From Camelus dromedarius (Eukaryota): a stretch of DNA of 64,000 nucleotides. Positions 27,060-40,278 of this stretch are shown here, one piece after another. The notes beneath the pieces are model-generated. The model saw only the letters and a list, made by a program, of their open reading frames with translations. It made no database searches and was not told where the DNA came from. The DNA lies in NCBI RefSeq assembly GCF_036321535.1, contig NC_087436.1, positions 104,286,001-104,350,000 of the forward strand. The letters are read 5' to 3'. Position 1 is the first letter of the stretch. Every line of letters starts with the position of its first letter. The position numbers and the translations under genes are program-made.

Positions 27060-27470
27060 TTTGGTTTCAATTCTTCATTCTCCAGCTGGAAAATTATACT
27101 TCAATAGCTTTGACACAGATTCAGCGTGGGCAGAATGTTCTTTCCACTCTTGACTTCGCGTTTAGGGTGTGACTAGTTTGGGCCAATCGGATGCGAGAGG
27201 CTGTCACATGCGGAGAAGCGTAAGATGCGCTACCCAAGCCCTGCGCACTTCTGTAGCCAGGAGAAGAATATGCTCTGAATTGCTGCCACCTGTCTGTCTG
27301 GGTTCCAGACTAAGACACATGAAGCAGCCCAGAGCCAAGCCCAGTCACCCACAACCAGGACCAGCGTCTCCCAGATCTGTGAGCAAGAAATGATGTCTAT
27401 GCCGTGGGTCACTGAGGTCCTCTGGTTGTTTGTGTTACAGCATCATTGCAGCAACAGTAGAGTTGCTGCA
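27060..27470 (+). mobile_element. MLT1-type MaLR LTR
   Basis: 'gtgtgactagtttgggccaat' and 'cactgaggtcctctggttgtttgtgttacagcatcattgcagcaa'. Confidence 0.6.
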
Positions 27471-30291
27471 GACAAAACACAGACAAAGCAGCTCTCTCAA
27501 GTTAAAATCGTCAAACTTTTTAGAAATGATACTCATTTTTCTTTTACAAAAAAGCATAAATATTAGAAGTCTGCTGACCTTTCCTGTGATGACAAGTAAA
27601 TGTCACTAGAAGGCTACCTAGCAAATGTTTTTGAGACAAGTAAATATGTTTAATCTGTCCCTTCAAGGTAAGGGTGATTTTTAATGATGAGGGGAAAAAA
27701 TGTCATTGTTTTAAAAACAGTATTTATGCTATGGAGGGATCAGTTTGGAAACTAATGTTGAGAGTTTTCCAAGGTTGTTTCATTGTTGCTGCAGACAGGT
27801 TATGTTTGTTACCTATAAAAGCAGCCATATCTGTGCACTTGAAAAACTTGGAAACTGAAATTTCTACTGCTTAAAAATCCTCTATCGAGCTTGAGATCAG
27901 TGTACTTTACTGTGTGCTATCACTCAGTAAAAATAATTTTTTTCCTAAACAAAGAATTTCAATAGGTTTAAAACCCATTTGTTAAAAATACAGACAGAAT
28001 GCCTTACAGTTAATTTATGAGAACAAGTGACTGACACTGGGAAAGATGGAAATTTCCTAGCTGAATTTCAGTCACAACCTTTGCATAATTGATGAGTGGG
28101 AATAAAAAGTGAATATCATAAATTAGTAAGTAAAGCAAATGATAACACTACTTCCAGTCAAATCTGCGTTTCTCTGCAAGGTCTCTTTTTCAGCTAATAA
28201 TCAAGTATTAAAATAAGCTAAAATTAGAACCAGACCTTTGAATAACTATAATACAAAATGTTAAATCAAGATTTTCAAAAATAGTGAAGCACACTTAATC
28301 ACTTTGCTGCGACTAAAAATATTATTGCTATTAATAATATATAGTCATGAATATAAATATTTTAAAAAGGAAAGATTTATGTGTCATGAAAGTTAAAACT
28401 ATTTTAAAAGATTTCATTTTCTGTCATCATTTTAAATGCACTTGCCTAATTTTATAATGATTTAATAATGCCACATAAGTAATTTGTAAGTAAATAAATA
28501 CACTTGAATTCACTGTAAGCCCTCAAAAATATTTTATTGATGGGAGTGGCACAATCGAAAATTTCAAGACCACTCACCTAAGAAATGCCTATCCTTCTTA
28601 CATCTGGGTGCTCACACATATGCCCTTCATCTCTAATATTTTTAGTTCCCTGTTGGTGCCTCTTCCTTCCTATCTTAAGCCTCCACACCTCCATCCTGTC
28701 TCAAAATCAAGCACATAAGAGCATCCTCATCTGATCCTGTAACTTCCTCTGTCTGAGATTCGACTTCTCTCCTTTTTATTGCAGAATTTCTGGACCATGT
28801 GAGCATCGAATATTCTCTGTTGCTTGAATAATGATACCTTCATTGATTCTTTTTGTCCTCACCACCAGCCCCAGAATGTGCGCACGCACAGACCCTGTTG
28901 GTGAGTCCCTACAAATATGACTTCATTCCTTGAAACCAATGGTTTGGATGTTCCCACAGATCTTAATGCCAAATCAAAAAATCTTTCCTTGATTTTTGAC
29001 CTCCTTACCCACAGTCAAATGTATTGCTCTTTCGTGTTACTTTTAAAAGCTATATTCAAATAAAATCTTTTGCCCTCGTTCTGCATTCCTGCAAGAAACC
29101 CAGTGTCTTGCCAGATCTAGCAGAAGATTACTAAGTGAGAGATGCTTGTCCCCTCCCTCAAGCCTAGTTATACAAGGCTGCCCTGTTGGGGACCTCTTCC
29201 CATCTTGCTTCTGTTGCCCAAGTGTGGGCACAGCCCCTTCCCTCATTCCCCGTTGCCCTGCTAACACAATTTTACTATGAGGAATTACCACAGAGGACAA
29301 AAGAATTCAATATGGTATCAGTCATAAGTTAGATACCACAAATCCTGAAGTTCATTGGCTGGCCCTTTCATGAGGGACAGGCGTGAAGAGGGGACTTGGG
29401 GGATAGTCAACATTGGCTGTCTACCTCCTTAGCCCAAGGCCAGCCACCATGATGATGAAGGTCCACTGCTCATCAGATCAAAGTCCCCCTCCTATCTTCT
29501 CTCTCACAAGTTCCAGCCTCCCATGTCTAGCCCCAGGCAGAGGAAGATAAACTTCCAAAAGCCTCCTACTATCTCTACCAAGGAAGACCGTGTTTTCACC
29601 TTATCATATAAGACAATTTAGTTCGGTTTAGCTCAGTCCGTAACATAATTGCAGTGATTGGACTGTACCTGCAGGGCTTCTGATTCACATGTCCTGAACT
29701 GGGGTCAGGATGCAGTTATGTTTTAAAAGCTCCCCATGTGGTTTAATGTGCAGCTGGAGTAAAGAAGTCCCAGCATCCCTGCTCACTGTTTCAGCTTCTC
29801 GATTCCAGTACGGGTCTTCGTTCTTTTGCCCATAAAGATCTAATCTCTCCTTTCTCTCACCCGAAGTGAATCCCAACTGATGACCTTTAACAAAATAAAT
29901 AACAAGCAGAAGCTTTGAAATTGTTCGTTTTTCTTAAAGGCTGCAAAGACCCCAGATCAAATTCTTAGGCTGAAAGAAGGTCAAGTGCTCAGGCTTTTTC
30001 TAAGTGGGGGAGCTTTCTCTGAACCATGGGGGGACCAGTGCTGATGTGGGTTAAGAGGGATTATGGTGGTGAGCTGAGTCTCATTTCTCGCTTCTAGAAC
30101 TAGCTTAAGGGGCTGTGACTTTACAAATTTTTTTCACCCTTTTCTGATTCCCTGCAGTAAACACTGTCATGTCTCCATTTTCAAGGAAATTTTATCCTAT
30201 CCTGGCTACAGTTTTTACCCCAAAAGGGGAAGGGAAAAGACCTCACTTCTTGTCTTACCCAAAAGATAAGAATTCAAATGGGAGATGGAAG

Positions 30292-30757
30292 TGTTGTGTA
30301 GCAAAAGATTTTAAAGGTTTTGTTTAGCAAAGGGAAAGTACACCTCTAAGAATGGCAGACAGACAGATCCAAGCAGTGGTCTTTGTTTTTCCCTTCTCTT
30401 ATACCCTTGCTTAGAGGTGGTCTCTTGATTGATTGACAGCTCTGGCCCCTGGAGTGCTTTGTCATGCTTGTCCCCTTTGCACATGTCCTTACCCATGATG
30501 CACACAGAAAAACCCACGGTGGCGAGGGAGCCTCAACTGCAATGCTAATTATATTGCAATAAGTATTGGGTCACTCAGGTTATCTCCTTCTCACTACCAC
30601 GCAGTTGCGGCTGTCGGATTCTAACCAGTTCCTTGCTGGCACTCATTTAGAGGAAGTAAAGCTCCTTTATGCTGGAGGCGGACATACAGCCATCTTCCAG
30701 ACCATCCTCCCTCTCCACCTATCTGCCTGGTGCCCCTATTTACCTAACTACCTAACA
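30292..30757 (-). mobile_element. ERV1-like solo LTR
   Basis: TG...CA termini (TGTTG...CCTAACA). Internal 'ttataccc' (reverse TATA-like) and 'tgcaatgctaattatattgcaa'. Confidence 0.55.
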
Positions 30758-33307
30758 GAGTGGTGCTTGGGTCTCCCTCCTCAGGCTCACCTCTGTTTGG
30801 CTCACCTCTCCCTCCTCTTACTCAGTTTAATTTAGGCTCTTCCCAAGGCTCAGTCCTTGGCTCTCAACTTTACTCTGTCTTCACATTTCCTCAAATAGGT
30901 TGTTCGTGTTGATATCTGCAGCAATTATATCCTTTATTCCAAGCACTGTGTGCTCAGTGCTGAGGATACCATGGAGCTTAAACAAATGGGGCCCTGCCTC
31001 ATATCACAGGGCTTACACTAGTGGGAGGACATCAGCTTATCCAAAAGAGCCAACAAGCAAGTGCATCAAGGCAAGTTACCTTATGGAAAGGAAGAGGACT
31101 CTCTAAGAATATATAACAAAGGGCTTTGCAAATTAAGGAAACTGACATTTGAGCTGGGATCTGAAGGATGAGAAGATGGAATCAGCATGCGCAATGGCGT
31201 TGAGCATCCCTAACTCCTTGACACTGGGTCTCAAACTTGCTGTTCCCAACTTTCAGTGTCAATCTTTGGAAACTCAGTAAATATATATTGATATCAGATT
31301 TATTCCAAATAGCAAAGCATTTCTGAGGTGACTGTTGTTTTTGTCCACGTAGCACATCTCCTCCAAGTAGAGGAAGAGATCTTCCTCCAACTGAACGATG
31401 CCCCACTCCTGCCCTCTTCCCCGGCTCCTCAGCCGTTCTCTGTGGAAGGTCACAGTCTCCCATTCCCCTGGCCAGGGAGGATGGTTCAAGGGTGAGAAAG
31501 TGGCCATGCAGGACCAGATATGACTTTCTCTGGGATTTCTCTATTTGAAGTTGAAGGGACAAGGAGATAAAAAATATATATGAAAACTGGAGCTGCCAGT
31601 GGGCTTTTCCCTTCCACACCAAGAAAGCTCATCTTCTGCAGATGAGAATGAAGGGAGACCAGAAATATGACAGATAGGTGATACAGAGTCCTGGGGCACT
31701 GGAGTCCAGTTTCAATCCCATTTGTCCCTGGAGCTGCCGTGATTCCTACAAGACTTGCTTTACTTTTGTGAACTACCCATCACAGGATCCACAATTAACT
31801 TCAGCCAACTTGAGTTAAAATTCTGCCCCTTACAACGGACAGATCTTGTATTTGTTGGCTTAACTACAATTCACAAACAGGTTTGAAGGGAGGGGTCTAA
31901 TTTGTCTTTCATTAATACGAAAATTGGTGGCCATTATTTATTATAAGTAAACTCAACAAACCATATAGCACTGGAACTATAGCGATAAAAAGAAGTGGGT
32001 GCTGCTGTCACGCCCACAATCAACAGAGGAAACACTCAACAAGTAGCTGCACCGCAGTACGGCAGGGAGCGATGGCAAGTTACACACAGGGTACAGTCAT
32101 TTGACTACTGCCTCATACTTCCAGTCTCATCTTGTCATTTCAACTTCCTGGAGAACTAGTGTTTAAATGGCATTTGCCTCAGTCCTCTGACTACCCCAAA
32201 TGTGTAAGTGGACAATTTAAAGAACAGTGCAATTTTTATAATCTTTCAATTACCCTTTCCTATTCTATTGTACGACCATTCATAAGTTCAAATGAAGTAG
32301 ACAATCAGCCTGCGTTTTTCTCAGTTGCAAAGTAAGAAATCGTTTTAGAGTAGAAAGGGTTAGGAAACTTCGTTTCAGCCCTCTCCCTCCTTTACCATGG
32401 AAACGTTGGCTTTTAGGCTTTCTTCACACATTTCCATTCCTTTAAATCATTTTTTCTTGGCTCCTTCTCGGGTTGTGTCAGATTCTGTCTAAAGCAGAAT
32501 AAATTTGGACTCAAAGCTTTCTCAAGATAAGAAGAGCTCCCTCAGATTTTTTTGTGATTCCCCTGGGCATATATTCAGTGCCAGACTGGGTGTGCCTCTT
32601 AGGGACTTGTGACCTGGGAGAAGTTACTTACCTCTGTGAACCGCGGTTTGCTTGTCAGTTAAATGGGGAGATAACATTACCATCTTATAGGATTCCAAAG
32701 TGCCTGTCTCTTAAAAAGTATCCAATGAATGCTGGCCACTATCATGCTATAGTGTTAGGTCCAGCGTGAGTTGCACTAAGATGCCAAGCCTCCATCTGTC
32801 CCGTGTACACTCAAGTCTGTTACAGCCTGACTCACTGCCATTCATTTCCCCCAAAATTGTTTCACTTGCTTTTTTTTTTTTTTTTGAAGTTTATTTTTAT
32901 TTTCGATAGACCATTTGTCTTTGGTAAAGGTGACTTTCAATTACATTTATTTTCCCCAATGTGTTAACAAGAAGGCTCAGTGGAGTAATCAACAAGCAAT
33001 ATAAACAAGCTTTGCAATGTTTTTATTCACATAATAAGAACTAAATCGTTCTGACCTCTAACTTACGGAGCACCAATCAGTGTGATTCCCCGGGGTGACT
33101 TTCAGCCACCTGTCAGTCTACTTGTACTGCATCTTCTTGGTTTAATGAGAAAAATCATTATCATAATCAGATTTTTATTAACTGCCTGAAGCAGTGCTAA
33201 GAAGGAGGGAGGAAGAGAGAGAGAGAAAGGGAGAAACACCAGAAAGATCTGATCCTGCTTACAGAGAGAAAAATGCAGAATACGTAAACTTAAATAGGCC
33301 GTGTAGG

Positions 33308-33484
33308 GGGAGAGGGTATAGCTCATGTGGTAGAGTGCCTGCTTACCATGAAGGAGGTCCTGGGTTCAATCCTCAGTCTTCCTCTTAAAAAAAAACAAAA
33401 AACAAACAAACAAAAAAACCCCCCAAAACAATAAAACCTAGTTACCTCCCTCTGAAGAAAAATAATAATAACAAAAGATTAGAA
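33308..33484 (+). mobile_element. tRNA-Ala-derived SINE
   Basis: 16 bp TSD AAATAGGCC(G/A)TGTAGG at 33292 and 33485. Head 'agggtatagctcatgtggtagagtg...ggtcctgggttcaatcc'. Confidence 0.9.
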
Positions 33485-33574
33485 AAATAGGCCATGTAGG
33501 TAACTAGAAATAAGACAAAGAATAATATACTTAACTGTCATTTAGGGTGGGAGTCACATTTGAGGACATTTGCT

Positions 33575-35230
33575 CCAAGAAATTACACTAAGCCAGATCC
33601 TGTTCTAGACACTGGAGATATATGACTAAATAGTTGAAACTCCCTACCTTCATGGAAGTAAATCTAAATTTAGTGGGAGGTGACAGGCAAAAAAAGAAAA
33701 CAAAACCCAAATAAACATATAAGTGTATATATTACACTGGGTGGTCACTTGTCCTTATGAAGAAAATAAAAGCAGGTGATAGGGAAGAATGGGGTGGGAG
33801 GTGGGGTGATTGCATTATTTTAAAAATAATGGTCAAGAAGACTTTTTTATGAAGTGATACTTAAGCAGAAATCTTACTGGTGTGGGTTATCTGGCCATGC
33901 AGATATCTGTGGGAATGCTTCTTAGGCAGAGAGGCAGTTGGTGCAAAGGCCCTGAGGCAGGAGTAGTTTGACGTATTTGAGAAACAGAAAGAAGGCTAGT
34001 GTGGCTGGAGCAGGGGAGCAGGGGAGCAGGGAAGGAAGGATGAGGAGATGAAGTCAGAGTTGGTGGAGTGGGGATGTGGGTGCCTGAATCATGTAGGCTT
34101 TTATAGGACATTAAATGGCTTTGGATTTTGTTCTGAGTTAGCCAGGAAGTTTCTGGAGAGTAGTGGCAGAAAGACCATTTAGGGGGCTTTTGCAGTGATA
34201 CAGTTGAGAGAAAATGATGGCTTAGACAATGTGGGTAGTGTTGGAAGACAGCGGGTAATTTTGGAGGTAGAACGGACAAGATGTACTGATGGATTAGATG
34301 TGGAGGATAGGAGAAAGCAAGGCATCAAGGATGAGTCCAAGAGTTTCAGCCTGAGTGACTGGGAGAGGGAACTAACATTTGCTGAGATGAACAAGGAACA
34401 GGTTTGACATTGGGGTCAGTTGGAAGGGGGTGGGCTGGAGAATCCAGAGTTTGGTTTCCTATTTCAAGCAGGACCAGGATCAGAGTGAACAAGTGTAGCA
34501 CTTGCCTTAGGCAGAAAATTGAAAGGGCACCAAAAAATTCAGTAATCAATAAAAACAATATTTTAATGCAATATTTTTAATCAAAACTAATGCGAAACTT
34601 GATGTTGAACAAAATATCACACTTTTAAATAGAGGTAAGCTGTTGTTATTTATTTGTTTGCTTCACGACCCTGCATTATGCCACAGGAGCAATCATTTCC
34701 ATCAGCCTGTGGTTCCTAATGGAACCTCCTCGCCCCACTTTACAAGGGTTGACAATGGCATTCGAACAGATGAGGCCACCCAGGGCTGTACATATAGTCA
34801 TTTTTTTAAATGTAGAGCTTTTAGTATCTTTCTTCATTTGGTTCAAAATACTAGAGTATATTCTGATAAGCCTAGGGGCTCACATGTCTTCTTTTGCCTT
34901 AGGCAGCAACGTGCTCGGAGGGGCCCCACATCCAAGCAGAAATGCTGAGTCTGGATGTAGACCGAGTACAGGAGAAAAGTTGGAGCAGGGGATATAAATG
35001 CAGGCATGTGGGCACATAAAGTTGGTATTTAAAACCATAAGACTGGTTGAGGTCGGATGGAGGAAAAGTGTGAAGACAGAGGAGACAGGAGCTCTGAAGA
35101 GAGCACCCTGGGGAGGGACAGGAGGAAATGAGGGGAGACCAGAAAACGCGACTGAAAAAGAACAGTCAGAAAAGGACTCCAGAGAGAGAGAGAGAGTGAA
35201 GTCACAGAGATCAAGGAGCAAGAGTATTTA
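33575..35230 (-). mobile_element. L2 LINE split by a MER96B-like hAT element (about 34467-34925)
   Basis: L2 text 'gtgcaaaggccctgaggcaggag', 'gatggattagatgtgg' and 'gtatttaaaaccataagactgg'. The insert begins 'caggaccaggatcagagtgaacaagtg...cttgccttaggcagaaaatt'. Confidence 0.75.
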
Positions 35231-36704
35231 TAAAAGGATACAGAGATTACCTTTTTTCCTGTGTCCAGTATTTTTGCTTAAGTTTCTTTGCCATAAACAT
35301 CTTTACCATGAGTTTTTTTTGCCACTTAACTAATCCTTCAGGCAATTTTGCTGTGAAATTTAAAATAATCGGTTGACAGTTTGTTTTGACAGTTTGGTTT
35401 CAACTGGTTGAAATATGTTAGCATTTCTTCCAGGTAGTGACATTATTGATGGCTTCGTGGGGCTGACAGATGATGATGATTTTCCCCAAGAGATGGTTTC
35501 TTATTTTGAAACACACTATGTTGGACGAGAAAGAGTCTAAGGGCCTCAAAGTCATGAGTTGAACCCACATCTCCCATAGAACTTTGGAAGGTCTGTTAAC
35601 AAACACGTGACAATATGCCGAGAACAAGAAACTGTAGAGGCTTTCACAACAAGATGCAAAGCTCAGTTACAAATGTGCATCCTACCATTTGGAAACTGAT
35701 GCCTCTCTTTTTTTAATGAGAAAATGTATATTTTATGTTTAGTAGTGGAAGTGGAATATGACCAGAGTATTAAACTTTCATACACATCCAACATATGGGG
35801 ATATCGTTAAAGTGCTGACTCTCACTCAGTAGTGGAAACTAATACCTTTTAATGAAGGAAGAAATTTCAGCAAAGGACACAAATCAATAAGCAAAAAATA
35901 TGTATATAAACTACCATGAACAAAAGACTTGTCAGCAATACATTGACATGAGAAGCCCCCTTTGGAGGGTCTGGTCAACTCCCCATTCTTCAGAACAAGT
36001 TGGCTGTCCTTTGCTCTCTTGTGAGCCAGAGACACTGACCCACAATTGGTGAGTTACCCATCTAGGGCTTGTTTCAAGGGAGAAATAAAGACTATTACTG
36101 TTTGGGGGGAAAAAAAAAACTTGGAAGACAAGGGGTTAGGCATGAACCACAAAATAAAATTAGTTATTTGCATAGTATAGCCATGAATCTATATACATTT
36201 TAAATCTTTCAAATGTATTTTGTGTCTTGCAATAAAGTCTTTTAAATCTTATTATTCATTTTCATGTTTCATTATATCTTTTTTATTGTGCCTCTTTTGT
36301 GTTTCATTGTTTTATTTTTTATGGGAAAATATGGCAATAAATGTGCAATTATTCTTACCACAGGGGAACCATTTGATGCCCACTTGGTCCAGAAATTTGG
36401 AAATAAAAATGAGAGAAATAGAATCTTAGCCAGAGGAAGTTACAGGATCAAATGAGGATGCTCTTATGTGTTTGATTTCAAGACAGGATGGAGGTGTGCA
36501 GGCTTGGATAGGAAGGAAGAGGCACCAAGGGGAACTAAAGATGTTGGAGAGGAAGGGCATAGGTGTGAGGCCACAGATGTAAGAAGGGTAGGCATTTTTA
36601 GGTGACAAAAATGCTTGTGGCAAAGATGCTTTATGGCTAAAATACCTAGAACCTATATTTTCATCTGTAAGGTTAGTAAAGAGTTTTTAAAGTTTTAGTA
36701 AACT

Positions 36705-37163
36705 TGTAATGGGTTGAATAGTGACTCCCAAAGAGACAGGTCTTTGCCCTGATCCCTGGAACCTGTGAATGTTACCTTATTTGGGAAAAGGGTCTTTGCA
36801 GGTGTAATTAGGTTGAACATCTTGAGATGAGAAAACCATCTCAAATTATCGAGGAGGGTCCTAAACCCAATGACAAATGTCCTTATAAGGGGGAGACAGA
36901 GGAGCATTACACAGTCAGATGAGCACAAGGCCATGTGAAGATGGAGGCAGAGACTGGAATGATGCAACCACAAGCCAAGGAGCCACCAGACACTAGAAGA
37001 GGCAAGGAAGGGTTCTCCCCTAGAAACTGTCGAGTCAGCTTGGCCCTGCCCACTTCTTGGTTTTAGACTTCTGGCCCCCAGAACTGTGCAAGAATAAATT
37101 TCCATTGTTTTAAGCCATTAAGTTTTTGATAATTTGTTATAATGGCCTGAGAAAATGAATACA
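36705..37163 (+). mobile_element. MLT1C/D-like MaLR LTR
   Basis: 'tgtaatgggttgaat...gaacctgtgaatgttaccttatttgg...gaataaatttccattgttttaagcc...aatgaataca'. Confidence 0.85.
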
Positions 37164-40100
37164 AACTCTATAAAGAAGGCATGGGGAAACAAATTCTCTC
37201 CCCACTGACGAGAGTAAATTGGATGGCAACTTTTATGGAGGGTAATTTGGTAGCATTTATCAAAATCACAAACACACAAATCTTTTGAACCAGCAATTCC
37301 AATTTCAGGAATTTATCACACATCTATACTCACATGCCTATAAAATAATATATGTGTAAAGTTATTCATTGAAGCGTTGTTTGTAGCAATAAACTGGAAA
37401 CAAACTAAATGTGTTGACATGGGTGTTAAATGAACTTGACTCTCTAAGGTACAGGAAAAGCACAACTTTAAAACTTAACTTTATTTTTTTCCCTCACCGT
37501 TCTCTGCTCTGGATGAAATCTCAAGCTATTCTTGTACTTTTTCCTCTAGACATTGAGATAATAAAAACACCTTCAGTAATTTTAATTACAAGGCTGACCC
37601 TATTGTATTAGCCTGAATATCCAGCTCAGAGGAATATTAAAATTAAAAATCATATTCTTATCCTACCTAAAGATGTCCCCTCCCCGTTCAACCACAGGTT
37701 GGAGGTTTGCAGTGGGCCCAGGACGGGGCAAGGCTGGTTACTTCTTATTTTCCTTCCTTGCTCCTTCCTTCCCTGCTTCACACCAAGTCTGCCTCTTGGA
37801 GGGCTGGGGTGGGGAGGAAGGAAATAAAGGTAAGGAACATTAAAAGTCTCAGTTTTTTGTCACAAATAAAATCTGGTAATGGTGTCCGCTAGGTGTCCAA
37901 GTATACTAATGAGGTTTACACTAGCTGCAAAAACAACAACCCCAAATTAGAGTGAATGTTTATTGAGAAATGTGAGTAGGGTAGGGCAGCAGGACTCTGC
38001 TCCACACAATCATTCAAAGCCCCCACTTCTTCCAGTCTGTCGCTTCTCCATCTTCTAGGGTCTCACCCTGCTCTGCTCTTGGTGGAAAAGAGAAAAGGCA
38101 CTGAGGATCCTGGGGATGTACTTTAGTTGTAAAGGTGTCTGTCACATCACTCCTGCCCACACTCCACTGGCTGTAACTCAGTCACATGATCCCACCGAAC
38201 TGCAAGGGCAGCTGGGAAGTGTGGTCTGTGTATTCAGAGTTGGAATGCACAGCATTGTCTCTACTGTATGGATATTCCCAAAGCTGATTCTCTCTCCCGT
38301 GGGTGCTTTCATGGATTCCCCAGAGATGCCCCATGTGTTCACAGCTTGCTCAGTGTGGAGGATTCCCCCCTCACTGGCTACTTATAATTCCTCTAAGCTT
38401 GGGGGCATCTGGCTGTCCACTTACCCCTCTAGGTTTTCTTGGGTAGAGCCCAAGATAACTCCAACCTGGGTCCTTCACATTTGTCCTGCAGCTGGTCCCC
38501 CAGGAAGCATCTGTGCTCTCCATCAATGAACTACATTTTACTCCCCAGTGTGATTTCTACTCAGTCACCTCAGGCATCATCACGTAGCCACCTGCCTGTA
38601 GAATTTTCCAGAAGTGGGTCAAATACAAAGCCCTGTGCTTCTTCAACTCCAGAGGACATGCTCTTTTGCAACCTGCTGAATGTGGCTTATGGTGGGAAGG
38701 CAGCACTCTGCTTCCCATCCTCACCGAAGGAAGAGAGAACACATAGCAGGTGCAAACCTCTCTCCTCAACGCTGGCTCTTCAGATCATTCATCTTGGGGC
38801 CACAAAACATCATTTCGGGGTTTTTCAAAATATCTTTTGCAAGTCCTGAATAGACGGTCTAGCACCTCAGTTTGACATGTAGGAGCCCTTGACGGATTGC
38901 TTTGCTTATGATGGTTTTGTAAAAAGTTTTTGTTGTTGTTCGTTTGTTTAATACAGTTCAATTTGCCATGCTTTTGACCTTGGGTCCAAGAAAAATTCTT
39001 ATCCTACTCCTGATGTAGGAACTTCAATTTGCCTTTCATTTTTCCCGTTACTAACTGAGCTGCTATGGGCAAATTACTTACAGATTTAAACCTTGGTGTC
39101 TTTACCAGTAAAATGGAGTGATAATATGTAATTAATGGAATATTATCTGGGAAAGCACCTAACACTGTGCTCAGACAGACTAAACGTTCAACACGAAAGC
39201 TCTTACGCCTTCATTCTATTCTAGAACAGAGATGTCCAAGCTGCTTCTAAACTGTGAATAAAGAAATAAAGATGGTTTTCAACTTATGTTTATGATTAAC
39301 AAAAGGCTTTGAAGAGAGGTCCTACCAAGAGAATACATTTGCTAGAAATCTAACCCGGACTTTTTTCTTTTTATATGCCTCTGGGTTAGACTGCTGCAGG
39401 CAGCCTGCTGCTGATTTAAGGTAAACTAAGAGCTTGGAATGAAAATGAGTTTAGATTTCACTTCATTTCAGCCACCTCCAAACCCAATCCTGCACAAACA
39501 CTGCCAAACTGTGAAAGCTATCTATCGCTCCCCAGGAAGATCTTCTCTGACTATGACGTGCCCTGGGGAGATAATCGCTCTGAAATGAAATAAAGAAAAT
39601 ATATCCAACTTGCAATGACCAATCAGTTCCTGTTCAGTGTTTAGACACTATTTAGTCCTAATATAGCCAGGGAGACCTGTTAAGTCTGCAAACCCGAGGA
39701 CAGTGACACGTGTGGTCCTGGTGTGTTACAGCCAGCCCCTGCAAGTGCAGTTAACACAACAAAATTGCAAGACAAGCCTGACGGGTTACTCTGACCTGCT
39801 GGGGGGCTTCCCTCACAGTTTGCTCTAAAAAGGCATCTTTCTCTGAAAAACTCAATGTGTTTGAAAAAGGAGCAGCTCAGTTAATTTCAGGAGTCAGAGA
39901 TGAAAATTTCAACCATTTCAGATTCCAGGGGCTTCAATCAAGCTCCTACCTTGTGTTGGGGTCCATGCCAGGACCCAATAAGTTCTGAGCTAATTGAGAA
40001 ATAAGGCAAAGGAGTTCTTTTTTTAGCCAATATTTGTTTGCTCTCCTCCTATGTATTTGTCTCTAAATCAGGAACTCCGTGCACACGTGTCCGGCTGAGG

Positions 40101-40278
40101 TGGAACAAGTCAGTGCTCTGCCTTCTGGCTTCAGCTCTCGTGCTGTAAATAAGTGCCCCTATGCAGTCTATTTAGAGCTATGATTTTTGCATTTTTGTGC
40201 TTTTTGTTAATAACGTCTCTCTTTAAAATAGTCCTCATGTGTAATGGTGAAGGGCTGTCTAGTCTTCCTAAGTGCAAG

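Larger units (their letters stand above)
25790..28575 (+). mobile_element. Fossil hAT-Charlie DNA transposon with transposase remnants, interrupted by an L1 tail and a MaLR
   Basis: Remnant peptides ITDGARAL (about 26905), GYLANVFE..NMFNLSLQGK (about 27612-27672, frameshifted), LLPVKSAFLCKVSFSA (about 28148-28195) and KY*NKLKLEPDL. Terminal 'ttcaagaccact'. Confidence 0.8.
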
